Positions 48,434-58,038 of a DNA stretch of 64,000 nucleotides are shown in pieces. Origin of the DNA: an uncultured Pelagibacteraceae bacterium (GTDB lineage: Bacteria > Pseudomonadota > Alphaproteobacteria > Pelagibacterales > Pelagibacteraceae). Position 1 is the stretch's first letter. Each line of letters opens with the position of its first letter. Position numbers and translations under genes: made by a program. Under the pieces are notes generated by a model, which had not been told where the DNA came from, ran no database searches, and saw nothing but the letters and a program-made list of their open reading frames with translations. The stretch is taken from the NCBI GenBank assembly GCA_902526085.1, contig CABZJN010000002.1, forward strand, positions 28,716 through 92,715, given 5' to 3'.

Positions 48434-48982
48434 ATGAAAAAACTACTAATAATATTTTTTATTAATATTTTTGTAGTTAATTCTGCTTATTCTGCAGAAG
48501 AAGTCCTTACTTCTTTAAAAGAGGGAGGAAAAATAATTTTTATTAGGCATGCGCTTGCACCAGGGAATGGAGATCCAGAAAATTTTGATTTAAATGATTG
48601 TTCTACCCAAAGAAATTTAAATCAAAGAGGAATTGAACAGTCAAAATTTATTGGAAATATATTTAATAAAAACCAGATTAAAATTGAAAATGTCTATTCA
48701 AGTGAATGGTGCAGATGTATAGATACGGCTAAATTTGCTTTTAAAAATTATCAAACATTTAGCGCTCTAAATTCTTTTTATGATATCAGATTTGAAGCAA
48801 ATGAAGAGAGACAAATAACTCAGCTAAAAGAGTTTATTAATCAATGGAATGGTAAAGAAAATATAATTTTTGTTACTCATTTTGTTGTTATATCCTCAAT
48901 GCTAAATATAGGGACTTCTTCAGGAGAAATAGTAATAACTGATAAGAACTTAAATATTATTGGATCAATTGATACTTTGTAA
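48434..48982 (+). CDS. Histidine phosphatase family protein (secreted)
   Basis: FIRHA, QRNLN..G, SSEWCRC.DTA and FVTH motifs. Confidence 0.85.
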   Translation: MKKLLIIFFINIFVVNSAYSAEEVLTSLKEGGKIIFIRHALAPGNGDPENFDLNDCSTQRNLNQRGIEQSKFIGNIFNKNQIKIENVYSSEWCRCIDTAKFAFKNYQTFSALNSFYDIRFEANEERQITQLKEFINQWNGKENIIFVTHFVVISSMLNIGTSSGEIVITDKNLNIIGSIDTL

Positions 48983-49000
48983 TATATTAATCTAAGATTT

Positions 49001-49192
49001 ATGAAAACAATATTTATTATAGGATCAAAAAAGCATACTTTAAAATACAATAGAAAAATGCCTGAGGGCGAAGTAAAAAAAATGAAATCTTTTGTGACTA
49101 ATAAAGGTCAAAAGTTAGAAAAAACCTCTAAGTTTAAAATTCTAAACATTTCAGACGAAAAATCAGCAAGAGTATTTAACATCAGTTTATAA
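49001..49192 (+). CDS. Small hypothetical protein
   Basis: 63-aa ATG ORF filling the gap in a co-oriented gene run. Confidence 0.6.
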   Translation: MKTIFIIGSKKHTLKYNRKMPEGEVKKMKSFVTNKGQKLEKTSKFKILNISDEKSARVFNISL

Positions 49193-49217
49193 TATTTAAT
49201 CCAGAAATAGAGACTAA

Positions 49218-50372
49218 ATGAAGAAATCTAAAAGAAGTAATGTTGACCCATTTATTGTAATGGATGTGATGGAGTCTGCTAGAAAAGCAGAAGCTAATGG
49301 CAAGCATGTAATTCATATGGAAGTAGGTCAACCAGGAACACCAGCACCAAAACTTGCCAAAAAATTTATTTCAGATGAAATTTCAAATAATAATCTTGGC
49401 TATACAGTTACTTTAGGTTTACCAGAATTAAGAAATAGAATTTCTAAATTGTATGGAGATTGGTACAATATTGATTTAAACCCAGACAGAATAATTATAA
49501 CAACCGGATCTTCTGGAGCATTTATACTTTCTTTTGCAGCATTATTTGATGTTGGAGATAGAGTAGGCATTGCCGCTCCAGGCTATCCTAGCTATAGACA
49601 AATTTTAAAGTCACAAGATTTAATTCCAGTTGATATTTTTACAGAGTTACAAAATAAATTTCAGCCCATACCGAAAGATATTAAAGAAAATAATTTAAAT
49701 GGTTTATTAGTAGCTTCTCCTGCAAATCCCACTGGCTCAATGCTTGATAAAAAAAAACTAGAAGAACTTATTAATACAGCGCATGAAAATAAAGTGAGTT
49801 TTATTAGTGATGAGATTTATCACGGAATTCAATATGAAAATAATCCTACATCTGCTCTAGAAATTTCAAATGAATGTTATGTTATAAACTCATTTTCTAA
49901 ATATTTTTCTATGACTGGTTGGAGAGTCGGCTGGATGATTGTTCCTGAAGATCATGTAAGACAAGTAGAAAGATTATCTCAAAATCTTTTTATTTGCCCC
50001 CCACATGTCAGTCAATTAACTGCTCTATCAGCAATGGATGCAAAAGAAGAATTAAATACAAATGTAGAGGTTTATAAAAAAAATAGATCAATTTTGTTAG
50101 AAGAGTTACCTAAAGCTGGTTTAAATAAATTTTCTCCCCCAGATGGTGCATTTTATATCTACATTGACATTTCAGAGTACTCGAAAGATAGCCTTAACTT
50201 TTGTAAAGAAGTGCTTGATAAAGCAGGAGTAGCAATAACTCCTGGACTTGATTTCGATCAAAAAAGAGGAAATTCTACAATAAGGTTTTCATACGCTAGA
50301 AGCACTGAGGATATAATTGAAGGAGCAAATAGAATAAAAAAATTTATGAAAGAAGAGCATTTAAAATATTAA
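49218..50372 (+). CDS. PLP-dependent aminotransferase class I/II (aspartate aminotransferase-like)
   Basis: ASPANPTG, ISDEIYHG and NSFSKYFSMTGWRVGW motifs. Confidence 0.93.
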   Translation: MKKSKRSNVDPFIVMDVMESARKAEANGKHVIHMEVGQPGTPAPKLAKKFISDEISNNNLGYTVTLGLPELRNRISKLYGDWYNIDLNPDRIIITTGSSGAFILSFAALFDVGDRVGIAAPGYPSYRQILKSQDLIPVDIFTELQNKFQPIPKDIKENNLNGLLVASPANPTGSMLDKKKLEELINTAHENKVSFISDEIYHGIQYENNPTSALEISNECYVINSFSKYFSMTGWRVGWMIVPEDHVRQVERLSQNLFICPPHVSQLTALSAMDAKEELNTNVEVYKKNRSILLEELPKAGLNKFSPPDGAFYIYIDISEYSKDSLNFCKEVLDKAGVAITPGLDFDQKRGNSTIRFSYARSTEDIIEGANRIKKFMKEEHLKY

Positions 50373-51028
50373 TGAAAACTGCAGTTTTATTTGGCTCATC
50401 TGGGTTAATTGGATCTAAATTACTAGAAAATTTAATCACCAATAATACTTACAATAAAATAAAAATATTTGTTAGAAAATTACCTTCTATTGATAATTCA
50501 AAAGTTGAAGTGATCAATACAGATTTTTTAGATTTAGACACTTTAAAAGAAAAATTGACAGGTGATGATTGTTTTTTTTGCATTGGTACAACTCACAAAG
50601 ACACACCTGATAAAAACGAATATAGAAGAATAGAATATAACTTGCCTGTACAATTAGCAAAAATTGCAAAATTTAATTCAATTAGTAATTTTATTTACGT
50701 CTCCTCAATTGGAGCAAACCCAAAAGCCTCAAGTACATATTTAAAAAATAAAGGTCAAGTAGAGGAAGAGCTAAAAAAGATTGGGTTTTCTAACCTAAGC
50801 ATTATTCAACCCTCATTTTTAGTTGGAACCAGAAAAGACTTTAGAATTGTTGAAGTTTTAGGAATTCCAGTGATGAAATTTCTATCCTTACTCTTTTTTG
50901 GTGGATTTAAAAAATATACTCCAATAAAAGTTGAGATAGTTGTGAATGCGATGATCAAACTTGCCTCAGGAAATAATAGTGAGCAAACTTATTTGTCTGA
51001 TAGGTTGCAAGAGTTAGGATCTAACTAG
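50372..51028 (+). CDS. NAD(P)-binding Rossmann-fold protein (YraR/HTATIP2-like)
   Basis: FGSSGLIG, FCIGTT, VSSIGAN and YLKNKGQVEE motifs. Confidence 0.85.
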   Translation: MKTAVLFGSSGLIGSKLLENLITNNTYNKIKIFVRKLPSIDNSKVEVINTDFLDLDTLKEKLTGDDCFFCIGTTHKDTPDKNEYRRIEYNLPVQLAKIAKFNSISNFIYVSSIGANPKASSTYLKNKGQVEEELKKIGFSNLSIIQPSFLVGTRKDFRIVEVLGIPVMKFLSLLFFGGFKKYTPIKVEIVVNAMIKLASGNNSEQTYLSDRLQELGSN

Positions 51029-51601
51029 ATGAGAAAATCAATAATATCAATATCTTTTTTGATTTATATATTTTGTATTTTACCTTACTCTAATTCAATG
51101 GCTTATGAGGAATCTCAATATGATGTAGTATACAAATCTGAAATATACGAAGTGAGACATTATAAAGACCGTCTAGTTGTCGAAGTTGTAAGTAAAAATG
51201 ATGACAGTAGTTTTAGAAAACTTTTTAAGTATATCTCGGGTCAGAATAATAAATCCCAAGAAATTAAAATGACTGTGCCAGTAACACAAGGTGAGAAGGA
51301 TAATGGATACTATATGCAATTTTATCTTCCATCAAAATTTACAAAAGAGAATGCGCCCATACCCACAAATTCAGATGTTAAAATCTCAACAATAGAAGAA
51401 GGCTTTTTTGCTGTAATAGAATATTCTGGAAGAGCCTCAGATAATAATTTCTTCAAACATAAGGAAATTCTTAATAAAAAACTCTTAGAGGATAAAGTAA
51501 TCATTAAAGGACCCCCAATAAGAGCGACCTATAATGGGCCTTTTACGCTTCCTATGATGAGACGCAACGAAGCTATGTTTAAAGTTGAGTGGAGTAAATA
51601 G
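51029..51601 (+). CDS. SOUL heme-binding family protein
   Basis: YEVRHY, FRKLFKYISGQN, IKMTVPV, MQFYLP and YNGPFTLPMMRRNE motifs. Confidence 0.92.
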   Translation: MRKSIISISFLIYIFCILPYSNSMAYEESQYDVVYKSEIYEVRHYKDRLVVEVVSKNDDSSFRKLFKYISGQNNKSQEIKMTVPVTQGEKDNGYYMQFYLPSKFTKENAPIPTNSDVKISTIEEGFFAVIEYSGRASDNNFFKHKEILNKKLLEDKVIIKGPPIRATYNGPFTLPMMRRNEAMFKVEWSK

Positions 51602-51671
51602 ATTACATTTTGCCGTATATATTAGTTTCTATAACCTGATAGTTTAAATTCATTAATCAGAAAGGTATTTT

Positions 51672-52073
51672 ATGAAAAAATTATTTATAATTTTATTTGT
51701 ATTTATTGGTTTAAACAGCTCTGTTTTTGCTGATGGTCATGTAAAAAGAATTTTATCAACTAGTCAGACTGGTATGGGCAACGATATTGTTTATCCATCA
51801 GGAAAAGCAAAGATCACAGCTTTTGAATTTACTGTGCCCGTAGGAGGCCCTGTAGTTCCGCATACTCACTCGTTCCCTGTTTTAATAATGATACAACAAG
51901 GAGAAATTGAACTTACACAAGGCGGCAAAAGCTATGTTTATAAAGCTGGAGATGCATTTATTGAAGATGTAGGTGTAGCTCATGAATCTAAAAATATTGG
52001 AGATGTTCCTGTTAAAGCAATTGTAGTTGCTATGGGAGTTGAAGGTCAAAAAATTATGACCCCAGTAAAATAG
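51672..52073 (+). CDS. Secreted cupin-domain protein
   Basis: Signal peptide; PHTH and AGDAFIE..VAHESKN cupin motifs. Confidence 0.85.
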   Translation: MKKLFIILFVFIGLNSSVFADGHVKRILSTSQTGMGNDIVYPSGKAKITAFEFTVPVGGPVVPHTHSFPVLIMIQQGEIELTQGGKSYVYKAGDAFIEDVGVAHESKNIGDVPVKAIVVAMGVEGQKIMTPVK

Positions 52074-52082
52074 AAACAAAAA

Positions 52083-52114
52083 ATATGGGGCAGTTATTTT
52101 TACATGCCCCATAT
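52083..52114. terminator. Bidirectional terminator hairpin between convergent genes
   Basis: ATATGGGGCA-N12-TGCCCCATAT 10-bp inverted repeat, flanked by A-rich and T-rich runs. Confidence 0.7.
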
Positions 52115-52127
52115 CTCATTTTTTAAG

Positions 52128-52319
52128 CTATATTTTTTTACTCTCTTTTTTCAAGTGTACTAATGTTTCCCCAGAATTTTTTCCTGATTTGATAACGTAT
52201 CCACTTGTACCATTGGCATTAGTTTGTACAGTTTTCAAATTACGAAACATTAATTGATTTAGCCTAGCGTTCTTTGAGCCTCGGCTAAACGAACTTAAAA
52301 CTCTGTGCATTCTTTTCAT
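52128..52319 (-). CDS. 63-aa basic hypothetical protein
   Basis: Strong AAGGAG RBS just upstream of the ATG, its own terminator, and a TNANGTSGYVIKSG motif-like block. Confidence 0.75.
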   Translation of the reverse strand: MKRMHRVLSSFSRGSKNARLNQLMFRNLKTVQTNANGTSGYVIKSGKNSGETLVHLKKESKKI

Positions 52320-52347
52320 ACACTCTCCTTGTTTGTTTTTCCAAAAC

Positions 52348-52372
52348 TCGCATTAACCGATGCGATATCGGT
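52348..52372 (-). ncRNA. Candidate structured 5' leader element (H-type pseudoknot or two-state switch)
   Basis: Minus RNA ACCGAU-AUCGC-AUCGGU-UAAU-GCGA: a 6-bp stem whose loop UCGC is complementary to the downstream GCGA. Confidence 0.45.
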
Positions 52373-52387
52373 CTCTTTTTCACCATG

Positions 52388-52417
52388 AGATATGGTAAGT
52401 GTAATTTACCATTCTAG
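52388..52417 (-). promoter_or_regulatory. RpoH (sigma32)-like promoter overlapped by a 7-7-7 inverted repeat
   Basis: Minus strand CTAGAA-N16-CCATATCT resembles the alphaproteobacterial CTTGAA-N16/17-CC(T)ATAT consensus. ATGGTAA-N7-TTACCAT lies at 52392-52412. Confidence 0.45.
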
Positions 52418-52491
52418 AAAATTGATTTCAAATCATTATATAAACTAAAGGTTCAAAATGGGTTTTATTAATTATTTTTTTAAACTTAAAT

Positions 52492-53646
52492 TTAATTAGA
52501 ATTAAATGCAGTCCATTTACTATTATTCTTACTAGACTTAATCACGTTTTCTATAAATTTCATTCCTTCAATTCCATCATCAATAGTGGGGTAACAATTA
52601 TTTGATTTATCATATTCTTCTTTATTAATATTAGCTGAAAGCTCTTTGTAAACATCACTATAAATATTAGCAAAACCTTCTAAATAACCTTCTGGATGAC
52701 CTTGAGGAATTCTTGTTACATTTTTAGCTTCTTCACTCGTGATATTGCTACCTCTTGTAATGTTTTGAGACGGGTTACCAAATTTTGTATAACTCAGGTA
52801 ATTTGGTTCTTCTTGCCTCCATTCAATTCCTGCATTTTCTCCATATACTCTTATTTTAAGATTATTTTCATTTCCAATTGCTACCTGACTTGACCATATT
52901 GATCCTTTCGCACCCCCTATAAATCTCAGCATTATTTGAGCATTATCATCTACTTGTCTCCCTTCAACAAATGTATGTATATCAGCCGAAATTTCATCTA
53001 CCTCTAATCCAGTGATAAACCTAATCAAATTATAGGCATGAGTTCCTATATCACCTATACAACCACCTGCGCCTGACCTATTGGGATCAGTTCTCCACTC
53101 TGCTTGCTTTAATCCACTATCTTCTGCCTTTGTAGTTAACCAATCTTGAGGATATTCAGCTTGAATAACTCTCAAAGAACCCAATTCTCCTTTTTGAACT
53201 AAGGATCTTGCATGTCGAACCATAGGATAACCCGTATAATTATGCGTTAAAGCAAATATTAATTTTTTACTTTCAATAATTTTTTTAAGATCTATTGCCT
53301 CCTCACTAGACATACCAATTGGTTTATCGCAAATAATATGAATCCCTTTATCTGCAAAGATTTTTGCAATAGGTATATGTAAATGATTTGGTGTTACTAT
53401 TGAAACTACATCAATACCGTCCAGTCTAACAGACTCTTTCTCTGCCATCTCTTGGTAGGTTTTATAGATCCTATCGTTTTCTAGACCAAGATTTTTTCCA
53501 GTTTCTTTTGAATTATCAAAGTCAGATGAAAATGATCCCGCTACTAATTCATAATACCCATCAAGTCTTAAAGCTATTCTATGGACATTTCCAATAAAGG
53601 CATCTTTTCCACCGCCAACCATTCCGATGCGTATTTTTCTATTCAT
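52492..53646 (-). CDS. Gfo/Idh/MocA family oxidoreductase
   Basis: IGMVGGG..AFIG.VHR, VTPNHLH, ICDKP, GDIGTHA and GHPEGYLEGFANIY motifs. Confidence 0.92.
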   Translation of the reverse strand: MNRKIRIGMVGGGKDAFIGNVHRIALRLDGYYELVAGSFSSDFDNSKETGKNLGLENDRIYKTYQEMAEKESVRLDGIDVVSIVTPNHLHIPIAKIFADKGIHIICDKPIGMSSEEAIDLKKIIESKKLIFALTHNYTGYPMVRHARSLVQKGELGSLRVIQAEYPQDWLTTKAEDSGLKQAEWRTDPNRSGAGGCIGDIGTHAYNLIRFITGLEVDEISADIHTFVEGRQVDDNAQIMLRFIGGAKGSIWSSQVAIGNENNLKIRVYGENAGIEWRQEEPNYLSYTKFGNPSQNITRGSNITSEEAKNVTRIPQGHPEGYLEGFANIYSDVYKELSANINKEEYDKSNNCYPTIDDGIEGMKFIENVIKSSKNNSKWTAFNSN

Positions 53647-54701
53647 GAATTAATGCCAAGCATTTTTTTATTTGCTTCATGGTCAGCACCACTACCTGCG
53701 AAATCATCGAAAGCTTTTTCTGTTGTATTAATAATGTGATTTTTTATGAATTCAGCTCCTTCTCTTGCTCCATCTTCTGGATGTTTAAGACAACATTCCC
53801 ATTCAAGAACTGCCCAACCATCGTAATCATATGAGGTTAGTTTTGAAAATATGGATTTAAAATCCACCTGTCCATCCCCAAGTGATCTAAATCTACCAGC
53901 TCTATTAACCCAAGACTGAAAACCACCATAGACACCTTGTTTTCCAGATGGATTTAACTCAGCATCTTTAACATGAAACATTTTTATCTTCTCATGATAA
54001 ATATCAATATGAGCTAAATAATCCAGGTGTTGCAGAACATAATGACTTGGATCAAAAAGCATATTACATCTTTTATGATTACCAACTCTTTCTAAGAACA
54101 TTTCAAAAGTTACACCATCATGAAGATCTTCACCTGGATGTATTTCATAACATAAATCAACTCCATTATGGTCAAAGTGATCAAGAATAGGCTTCCATCT
54201 TTTTGATAATTCATCAAATGCATTTTCAATTAAACCTTCAGGTCTTTGTGGCCAAGGATAAACATAAGGCCAAGCAAGTGCTCCTGAAAAAGTTACATGT
54301 TTATCTATTCCTAGACTGTTTGATGCTTTTGCAGCCATCATCAATTGATTTACAGCCCATTCTTGTCTTGCTTTAGGATTTCCTCTTACTTCAGGCGCGG
54401 CAAAACCATCAAAAGCAGAATCATAAGCAGGATGCACTGCAACAAGTTGACCTTGAAGGTGAGTTGACAATTCTGTAATTTCTAAATTGTGTGATTCAGC
54501 AATTCCTTTTACCTCATCACAATAATCTTTACTTTCCGAAGCTTTTTTTAAATCAATTAATCTACCATCCCAACTAGGAATTTGTATACCTTTGTAACCG
54601 AGAGATGATGCCCATTTACAAATATTATCTAAAGAATTAAACGGTGCATCTTCGCCTACAAATTGTGCTAGGAAAATTGCAGGACCTTTTATTTTGTTCA
54701 T
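53643..54701 (-). CDS. Sugar phosphate isomerase/epimerase (xylose isomerase-like TIM barrel)
   Basis: KGPAIFLAQF, YEIHPGEDLHDG, FDPSH, FHVKDAE and VLEWECC motifs. Confidence 0.9.
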   Translation of the reverse strand: MNKIKGPAIFLAQFVGEDAPFNSLDNICKWASSLGYKGIQIPSWDGRLIDLKKASESKDYCDEVKGIAESHNLEITELSTHLQGQLVAVHPAYDSAFDGFAAPEVRGNPKARQEWAVNQLMMAAKASNSLGIDKHVTFSGALAWPYVYPWPQRPEGLIENAFDELSKRWKPILDHFDHNGVDLCYEIHPGEDLHDGVTFEMFLERVGNHKRCNMLFDPSHYVLQHLDYLAHIDIYHEKIKMFHVKDAELNPSGKQGVYGGFQSWVNRAGRFRSLGDGQVDFKSIFSKLTSYDYDGWAVLEWECCLKHPEDGAREGAEFIKNHIINTTEKAFDDFAGSGADHEANKKMLGINS

Positions 54702-54818
54702 AATTCCCCTTTCTTTTAAATTTTTTACATAAACTATTTTTTACAAAAAAAATACTAGCAGGCACAAGTCTTCTTGGATAGACTATTCTTAAGAATAATT
54801 AAACTAATAGGAGATAAA

Positions 54819-56123
54819 ATGAAAAAAATAATGATTTTATTGTTTGTTTCTCTATTTACTTTTTCTGCAAATTCAAATGCTAAGTCAATCACATTAGGAT
54901 GGGCCGCTTGGGACCCTGCTAATGCTTTACAAGAACTTACTAAAGAGTTTACAGCAGAGACAGGAATAGATGTCAACTTCGAATTCGTGCCATGGCCAAA
55001 TTTTGCAGATCGTATGTTGAACGAACTTAACAACAAAGGTAAAACTTTTGACTTGTTAATCGGTGACTCACAATGGATTGGTGCTGGTGCAGTATATGGA
55101 CACTACGTAAAATTGAATGACTTCTTTAATAAAGAAGGTATTTCAATGAATGATTTCTCACCTGCAACAGTTTATGCATATTCAACTTGGCCTAAAGGAA
55201 GTGAAAACTATTATGCATTACCAGCTATGGGAGACGCATTAGCTTGGGCTTATAGAAAAGACTGGTTTGATAGACCAGAACTTAATTCTGAGTTCAAAAA
55301 GAAACACGGTTATGATCTAGGAGTTCCTGCAAATTGGAATCAATTACATGATATGTGTTCATTCTTCCAAGGAAGAGAAATTGATGGTCAAAAAAGATAT
55401 GGTGCAGCCATTAATACAGAGCGTGGATCTGAAGGTATTACAATGGGTGTTACAGCTGCAATGTATGCATGGGGTATGGAATATGAAAATCCAAATAAAC
55501 CATATGATATGGAAGGTTTTTTCAATTCTCCTCAAGCAGTAGAAGCTGTAGAGTTTTACAGAAAATTATATGAAGACTGTGCACCTCCAGGTCATTCTGA
55601 TGCTTATATGGTAGCAAACTTAGATGCATACAAATCAGGACAAGTTGCATTCCAAATGAACTGGTATGCTTTTTGGCCAGGTGTTTCTAAAGAAGATAGC
55701 GACGGAAGAGTTAGTGGTTTCTTTGCAAACCCAAAACAAAATGTAGCTGCTGCAACATTAGGTGGTCAAGGTATATCTGTTGTTAAATATTCAGATAAAC
55801 AAGATCTTGCATTAGAATATATTAAATGGTTTGCAAGACCAGATATACAACAAAAATGGTGGGATTTGGGAGGATATTCATGTCATAATGATGTTCTAAA
55901 TTCACCATCTTTTCCAACGTCTACAGTTTATGCACAAGGTTTCTTAGACTCAATGGGGATAGTCAAAGATTTTTGGCAAGAACCAACATTTGTTGAGTTA
56001 ATGTTACCTATGCAGGAAGCTATTCATGACTATGTTGTTAATGGAAAAGGTACTGCTAAAGGTGCTTTAGATAAAATCATTGAAGAGTGGGTTGAGGTAT
56101 TCGAAGCAGACGGAAAACTTTAA
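54819..56123 (+). CDS. Sugar/polyol ABC transporter substrate-binding protein (CUT1)
   Basis: AGGAG RBS and signal peptide from ATG 54819; WAAWDPANAL, IGDSQWIG and LGGQGISV motifs. Confidence 0.9.
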   Translation: MKKIMILLFVSLFTFSANSNAKSITLGWAAWDPANALQELTKEFTAETGIDVNFEFVPWPNFADRMLNELNNKGKTFDLLIGDSQWIGAGAVYGHYVKLNDFFNKEGISMNDFSPATVYAYSTWPKGSENYYALPAMGDALAWAYRKDWFDRPELNSEFKKKHGYDLGVPANWNQLHDMCSFFQGREIDGQKRYGAAINTERGSEGITMGVTAAMYAWGMEYENPNKPYDMEGFFNSPQAVEAVEFYRKLYEDCAPPGHSDAYMVANLDAYKSGQVAFQMNWYAFWPGVSKEDSDGRVSGFFANPKQNVAAATLGGQGISVVKYSDKQDLALEYIKWFARPDIQQKWWDLGGYSCHNDVLNSPSFPTSTVYAQGFLDSMGIVKDFWQEPTFVELMLPMQEAIHDYVVNGKGTAKGALDKIIEEWVEVFEADGKL

Positions 56124-56142
56124 CAATACTATTTGAAGATAT

Positions 56143-56180
56143 AAAAAAAAGAGGGGGGGGATATCATCTCCCCTTTTTTT
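56143..56180 (+). terminator. Hairpin/attenuator after the binding-protein gene
   Basis: A8-GA-G8, then ATATCA, then TCTCCCC-T7 forms an imperfect G-rich stem with a U-tail. Confidence 0.6.
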
Positions 56181-56194
56181 GTTAAAAAAATCAT

Positions 56195-57094
56195 ATGAGC
56201 GTTAAAAAAAAATTTAAAGGACTATCTGATAAAGCTGTAGCTTGGCTTTTTATTGGCCCCTCTGTATTTCTTTTATTAGCAATAAATATTTACCCTTTAA
56301 TTTATGCCATCAGAATGTCTTTCACAAATTTTTACGCAAATAAAATTGGAAGAGAACCACAATTTGTCGGTTTAAAAAATTATATAAAAGTTCTTAATAA
56401 AGAAGCAATATGGGAAAAAATGCAGGTTACTGCAAACTTTATGTTTTGGACTTTGTTGCTTCAGGCAGTAATAGGTCTAGGTTTAGCTTTATTATTAAAT
56501 AGGAAATTTAAAGGTAATGAACTACTAACAACCTTAATAGTATTGCCAATGATGTTATCTCCAGCTGTTGTAGGTGTATTTTGGACTTATCTTTATAATC
56601 CCCAGGTGGGTTTGTTTAATTATGTTATTAATTTTTTTCACGATTTTGGAAGTTTTGATATGATTGGATCAAGTGTATTAGCGCCATGGTCAATAGTTAT
56701 AGTTGATACTTGGATGTGGACACCTTTTACAATGTTAATTTGTTTAGCTGGTCTAAGATCTGTTCCAAATTATTTATATGAAGCAGCAGAAGTCGATAGA
56801 GCCAGTAAATGGCAACAATTTATTTACATCACACTACCATCTGTACTACCTTTTTTATTGTTAGCATTATTATTTAGGGGAATTGAGAATTTTAAAATGT
56901 TTGATATGGTCGTGGAACTTACTTCTGGTGGCCCTGGTTCAGCCACAGAGCTCGCCTCAATCAATTTAAAAAGAGAAGCATTTGAAAAATGGAAAACTGG
57001 TTATAGTTCAGCTTTTGCTGTAATTCTTTTTGTAACTATTTTTGGTTTTGGAAATGTCTATGTAAAAGTAATGAATAAGATAAAGGAACGCTGA
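56195..57094 (+). CDS. Sugar ABC transporter permease
   Basis: FVGLKNY, PMMLSPAVVG and EAA motif YLYEAAEVDRAS. Confidence 0.93.
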   Translation: MSVKKKFKGLSDKAVAWLFIGPSVFLLLAINIYPLIYAIRMSFTNFYANKIGREPQFVGLKNYIKVLNKEAIWEKMQVTANFMFWTLLLQAVIGLGLALLLNRKFKGNELLTTLIVLPMMLSPAVVGVFWTYLYNPQVGLFNYVINFFHDFGSFDMIGSSVLAPWSIVIVDTWMWTPFTMLICLAGLRSVPNYLYEAAEVDRASKWQQFIYITLPSVLPFLLLALLFRGIENFKMFDMVVELTSGGPGSATELASINLKREAFEKWKTGYSSAFAVILFVTIFGFGNVYVKVMNKIKER

Positions 57095-58038
57095 TGGATA
57101 CATCTAGATCATATTTAGAACCTTCGTCGTTTTCAAAGAAACTCGCTGCTACAATTATTATTGTTTATACAGTGATAACGTTAATTCCTATTTCTTGGAT
57201 GGTGATGACCAGCTTCAAGAATGTAAATAGTGCAATTTCTTATCCACCTGAAGTATTTTTTGAACCATCATTAGAAGGATATGTAAATTTGTTTACTAAT
57301 AGATCCAGACAATCTCAGGAATATCTTGACTCACTGCCACCACCAGAAAATTGGTATGAAGAACTAGTTAGAAGTAGAGAGATGGTTATAACAGGACCAT
57401 CAAAATTTTTAGGAAGGTATTCAAATTCAATGATAATTGGATTTGGATCAACTTTTGCATCTGTATTTTTGGGTGCCTTGGCAGCATATGCCTTTTCAAG
57501 ATTTAGGGTTCCACTAAAGGATGACTTATTATTTTTTATTCTCTCTACTAGGATGTTTCCGCCAATTGCCGTGGCTGTTCCAATATTCATTATGTATAGA
57601 AAATTGGGTCTAGGGGATACTCACCTTGGTATGATCATATTATATACAGTCGTAAATTTAAGTTTAGCAGTGTGGCTGTTAAAAGGATTTATGGATGAAA
57701 TTCCTAAAGAATATGAAGAAGCAGCTATGATTGATGGATATTCTAGACTTCAAGCATTTTTTAAAGTTGTTCTTCCACAAGCGATGACTGGTATAGCTGC
57801 AACAGCAATCTTTTGTATGATTTTTTCTTGGAATGAATATGCATTTGCTGTTTTACTTACCCAATTTAATGCACAAACAGCTCCACCATTTATACCAACA
57901 ATTATAGGAGAAGGTGGTTTGGATTGGCCTGCAATTGGTGCTGGTACAACTTTATTTTTATTACCAGTAATGATTTTTACAATTATTTTAAGAAAACATC
58001 TTTTAAGAGGTATTACTTTTGGAGCAGTGAGGAAATAA
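57094..58038 (+). CDS. Sugar ABC transporter permease
   Basis: AAYAFSRF, EIPKEYEEAAMIDG and FSWNEY motifs. Confidence 0.93.
   Translation: MDTSRSYLEPSSFSKKLAATIIIVYTVITLIPISWMVMTSFKNVNSAISYPPEVFFEPSLEGYVNLFTNRSRQSQEYLDSLPPPENWYEELVRSREMVITGPSKFLGRYSNSMIIGFGSTFASVFLGALAAYAFSRFRVPLKDDLLFFILSTRMFPPIAVAVPIFIMYRKLGLGDTHLGMIILYTVVNLSLAVWLLKGFMDEIPKEYEEAAMIDGYSRLQAFFKVVLPQAMTGIAATAIFCMIFSWNEYAFAVLLTQFNAQTAPPFIPTIIGEGGLDWPAIGAGTTLFLLPVMIFTIILRKHLLRGITFGAVRK

Noticed and set aside
51672-52073. Cupin as the SAR11 DMSP lyase DddK
   Set aside because: It has a signal peptide and lacks the Glu/Tyr-containing HxHxxxEIY pattern I recall for DddK/DddW.
54784-54797. Perfect 14-bp palindrome TATTCTTAAGAATA upstream of the sugar-binding protein gene
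   Set aside because: Its position suits an operator, but it is almost all A/T, several such palindromes are expected by chance in 64 kb of AT-rich DNA, and there is no second copy or adjacent regulator.
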